Part shown: piece after piece, positions 61,207-64,000 of the stretch
Position numbering within the stretch: position 1 is the stretch's first letter
How the letters are laid out: each line of letters starts with the position of its first letter
Assembly: GCA_965644295.1 (NCBI GenBank)
Contig: CBFFRP010000620.1
Coordinates: forward strand, 5,534-69,533
DNA length: 64,000 bases
Reading direction: 5' to 3'
Source: Paraphysomonas bandaiensis
Lineage: Eukaryota; Protista; Chrysophyceae
Made by a program: the position numbers and the translations under genes
Notes under the pieces: model-generated
The model's database searches: none
Told to the model about the DNA's origin: nothing
What the model saw: the letters and a program-made list of their open reading frames with translations, nothing else

Positions 61207-63042
61207 GCGTGTGTGTGTGTGTGTGTGTTGATCAGAGGAGTATATGAGAGGGGAGTTTAATTCCCGGTGGTTAGATATGACTGTGAGATGAGTGAGCTGT
61301 GAGGTGATCTTAGTACGGTATCAATACATAGAGAGCTCTGCATACATACACACACATCTACTAGAGGCTAGAGGTATACATAGATCACTGCATACACTGC
61401 TGTATGTACCTGTATAGCTACTGCACGATATCATACTATACTGCCATACCATACACAAGAGGGCACAGTATACCATACAGTATTCCGGGGAATGTGTTGT
61501 ATATGGCAGTGTATTCCCCCCTCTGGATATATATTCAAACTATTCGAATCTTAAAATACGATGAATACAGTGCCCGGAATACAGTATACGGAATACAGAG
61601 CTGTATACGGTATATACAACGGATATCGCTCGCTCAGGATATCTAGATGCATGATACGGGCATCCATGCTGCTGTATATGTATATGTATGGGTATGCACT
61701 GCTCATATGGAACCGTAAAGTGTTTCTATGAATGGAATGGAGTCCTAACTCATATTAGTCATCAGTTGGATGAAGTAACTGGTTGACTATCTCAACAGAC
61801 AGAGCAAGTAGAGGCCCATATTCAGATAGATATACTCCTGTATGCAATAAGCTCTAATCAACTGACTGGTATACGGAAACAGTAACTGCTGTACTAATAT
61901 ATGCACTGAAACTAGGACTGAGGCACCATATATTGCACTAGTATTGTAAGGTAGCGTCCCATCAAGTATTGCAGTACTCTTTCACCGGTCCAACAATACT
62001 ACTGCAATACATCAGTATCATTAATCAGCAGCCAAATGCATGCGTATATTCCGATTTTAGTACTAGTTATGAAGATCCCATGACTACCTACTACATAGAA
62101 AATCACAAAGACTATAACAATATTAGAGAGTTGATCTGGCGTATTGACCAATCAATACAAACTCCTCAATGAGTAAATTTCTAGTATATATTCACTTCCA
62201 TGTGGAAGCATGAAGAACTGAATTGACTGTTTTTTTCTATAGGATACAGATATTTTAGTCGGGCGGAGCAATCCTTTTGACAGCAGCTGATATGTATATA
62301 GTATATATGTATTCCATTGCTCTACATTCTACATCTAGCTGTTTCATATGTAGAGAGTGGAGAGGCAGTAGATATATTTACAACATATTAGATATTTCGA
62401 ACATCTTTCCATATTTAAAAGGTAGCAAATATATAAAAGTGTACATGTACTATCTACTATTTATACAAACATTATGTAATGTAATGAAGATCTCCTAGTG
62501 CCTAGTGTTATGCTATATAATTTTATATTTATGTGACAACTCCGCCAATTCCACGGCAATAATATGCGACTATTACTTTATACACATACGATAGTCCAAA
62601 AAAACAAATAGCTAATAAAATTATTAAACACTGAATGACACTATACAGGAATGAATGGAGTTAGAAAAAAACAACCCAACATGGTTTCTCTGTGGTCTAT
62701 GCATCCAGCAGGTTACCCCTCATTCTGTTCACCTATCACTCCCTCAGCCCATTCCTCTTATTGGACAGACACTGTATTCCGCATACGGTATATTCGGCTA
62801 CTGTACTACAGTGCCCTACAGGATGTATACCACACGCAAAAACGGTGCTAGCATGCGGTACACCACGTAGCCCCGGACCCCATCAATACCCTACCAACAC
62901 ACACCCACTCAATCTTGCTGGTTATGAGTATATCACCTATGTAAGGCCCCAAAGTTCACGCTTAAGTCTCTTGCGCAACAACACTCGGTTCACATACAGA
63001 TATACACCAACACTCTCTATAAACAACTTCGACACAATTTCA

Positions 63043-63820
63043 ATGAAACGTGAAACAAATTCCAACACTTCCAGAACCTTCACTCCAAAGTTTGTTCTTC
63101 CCCCCTCCTATCAACCAACCAACATTGATGCGCAGATCCAAAAATGCTATCAGGGAGAACAGAAGAAAGCCAAAGCTGACACTCCCCAGCTACAGCTCCC
63201 ATCGGTACGCACCTTTCTGGGATGGGAAAATGACCTACCTGTGGGAGAGTACAAAACACTCGTCCTTACAAACATAAAAGCTGCTGATGATGCCACCTTC
63301 CTGGGGATAACACACTACCTTATCCATGGGTTAGGGTTTCCCATTCAACCCCTACCCCCAAGACACTCGCTACCTTCAGGGCAGCCAAGGATGCACGAAC
63401 GTGTTCAGACTTACCCGCTCCCACAGCGAGTAGGGTAGTCCGAGCGTTCGACCTAGGCAGACCTGGGTACGAAGTCCGACAGGGCATGGGAGCGAATGTT
63501 ACCGCTGACTCATGTATGTACTCCTCCCCTCTATGCTTTGACCTCCATGTAGAAACGGGCACATCAGTCGATGACAAAGGCCTCCTTCGGACCGAACGCC
63601 GACATGTCCAGATATCACTTTTCCGAACGCCACGAGAACTCTTCGTGGGTCGCACCGAGGATGAGCCCTCGCTGATACCAGTGGCGGCTATATAAGGGCT
63701 ACATGCAGACTCAGCGCACACCAGACCTGCACATGCCTTTAGGTTACGAAACACGCTGGATATGCTTCTCCGAACGGAGGTTTCCCCACGCCACCTCTAT
63801 ACGAAGTATTCTGGACTCTA
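63043..63820 (+). pseudogene. decayed coding-like segment, possibly transposon-derived; unidentified
   Basis: Intronless C/A-rich ORF pieces linked by a frameshift near 63400 and a stop at 63693; no recognisable motif. Confidence 0.3.
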
Positions 63821-64000
63821 ACACACTATAGAGGTAAGACTCGAGCCACTGATAAAACATATAGGTTCTATCAGATTCTATTACTCCACGATCCCATTCA
63901 CGATCAGGATCTAAGAGCTAAATTCTATAAAGCACTCTTCAATAATGAAATAGGAGGACATGTCGAAATCAACCTCGGCTCACTCTGTTGTAGAATGGTC

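Overview
Eukaryotic nuclear DNA with short GT-AG introns and TTAGGG remnants, most likely a stramenopile (inferred from the NDUFV2 C-terminus and a Crypton relic; not proven). It has two very different halves. The accessory half (1 to ~31 kb) holds: a PD-(D/E)xK nuclease-fold gene running off the left edge; a disrupted ~5.8-kb gene joining a NYN ribonuclease, LOTUS/OST-HTH-like and KH-like segments, a Macro domain, WWE and a PARP catalytic domain; interstitial telomere-like repeats; a young full-length Ty3/gypsy chromovirus (9033-15828); an 11-kb satellite of 28-bp units in three main variants; a Crypton tyrosine-recombinase relic; and an Ariadne-like gene lacking RING2. The chromovirus is atypical: gag and pol are in one frame split by a single TGA, Gag has a CCCH finger, the RT motif is IFDN, a palindrome sits where the tRNA PBS should be, there is an extra domain after the chromodomain, there is no TSD, and one end is fused to the satellite. 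The housekeeping half (~32-62 kb) holds TM9SF, YKT6, a cAMP-receptor-like GPCR, a NEK kinase, NDUFV2, an RBBP5-like protein, PP2C and several hypothetical genes. Three MITE-like families and one old repeat family recur across the window. The best novelty candidates are the NYN-Macro-WWE-PARP fusion and the satellite-abutting chromovirus. All domain calls are by eye from motifs; no database search was run.
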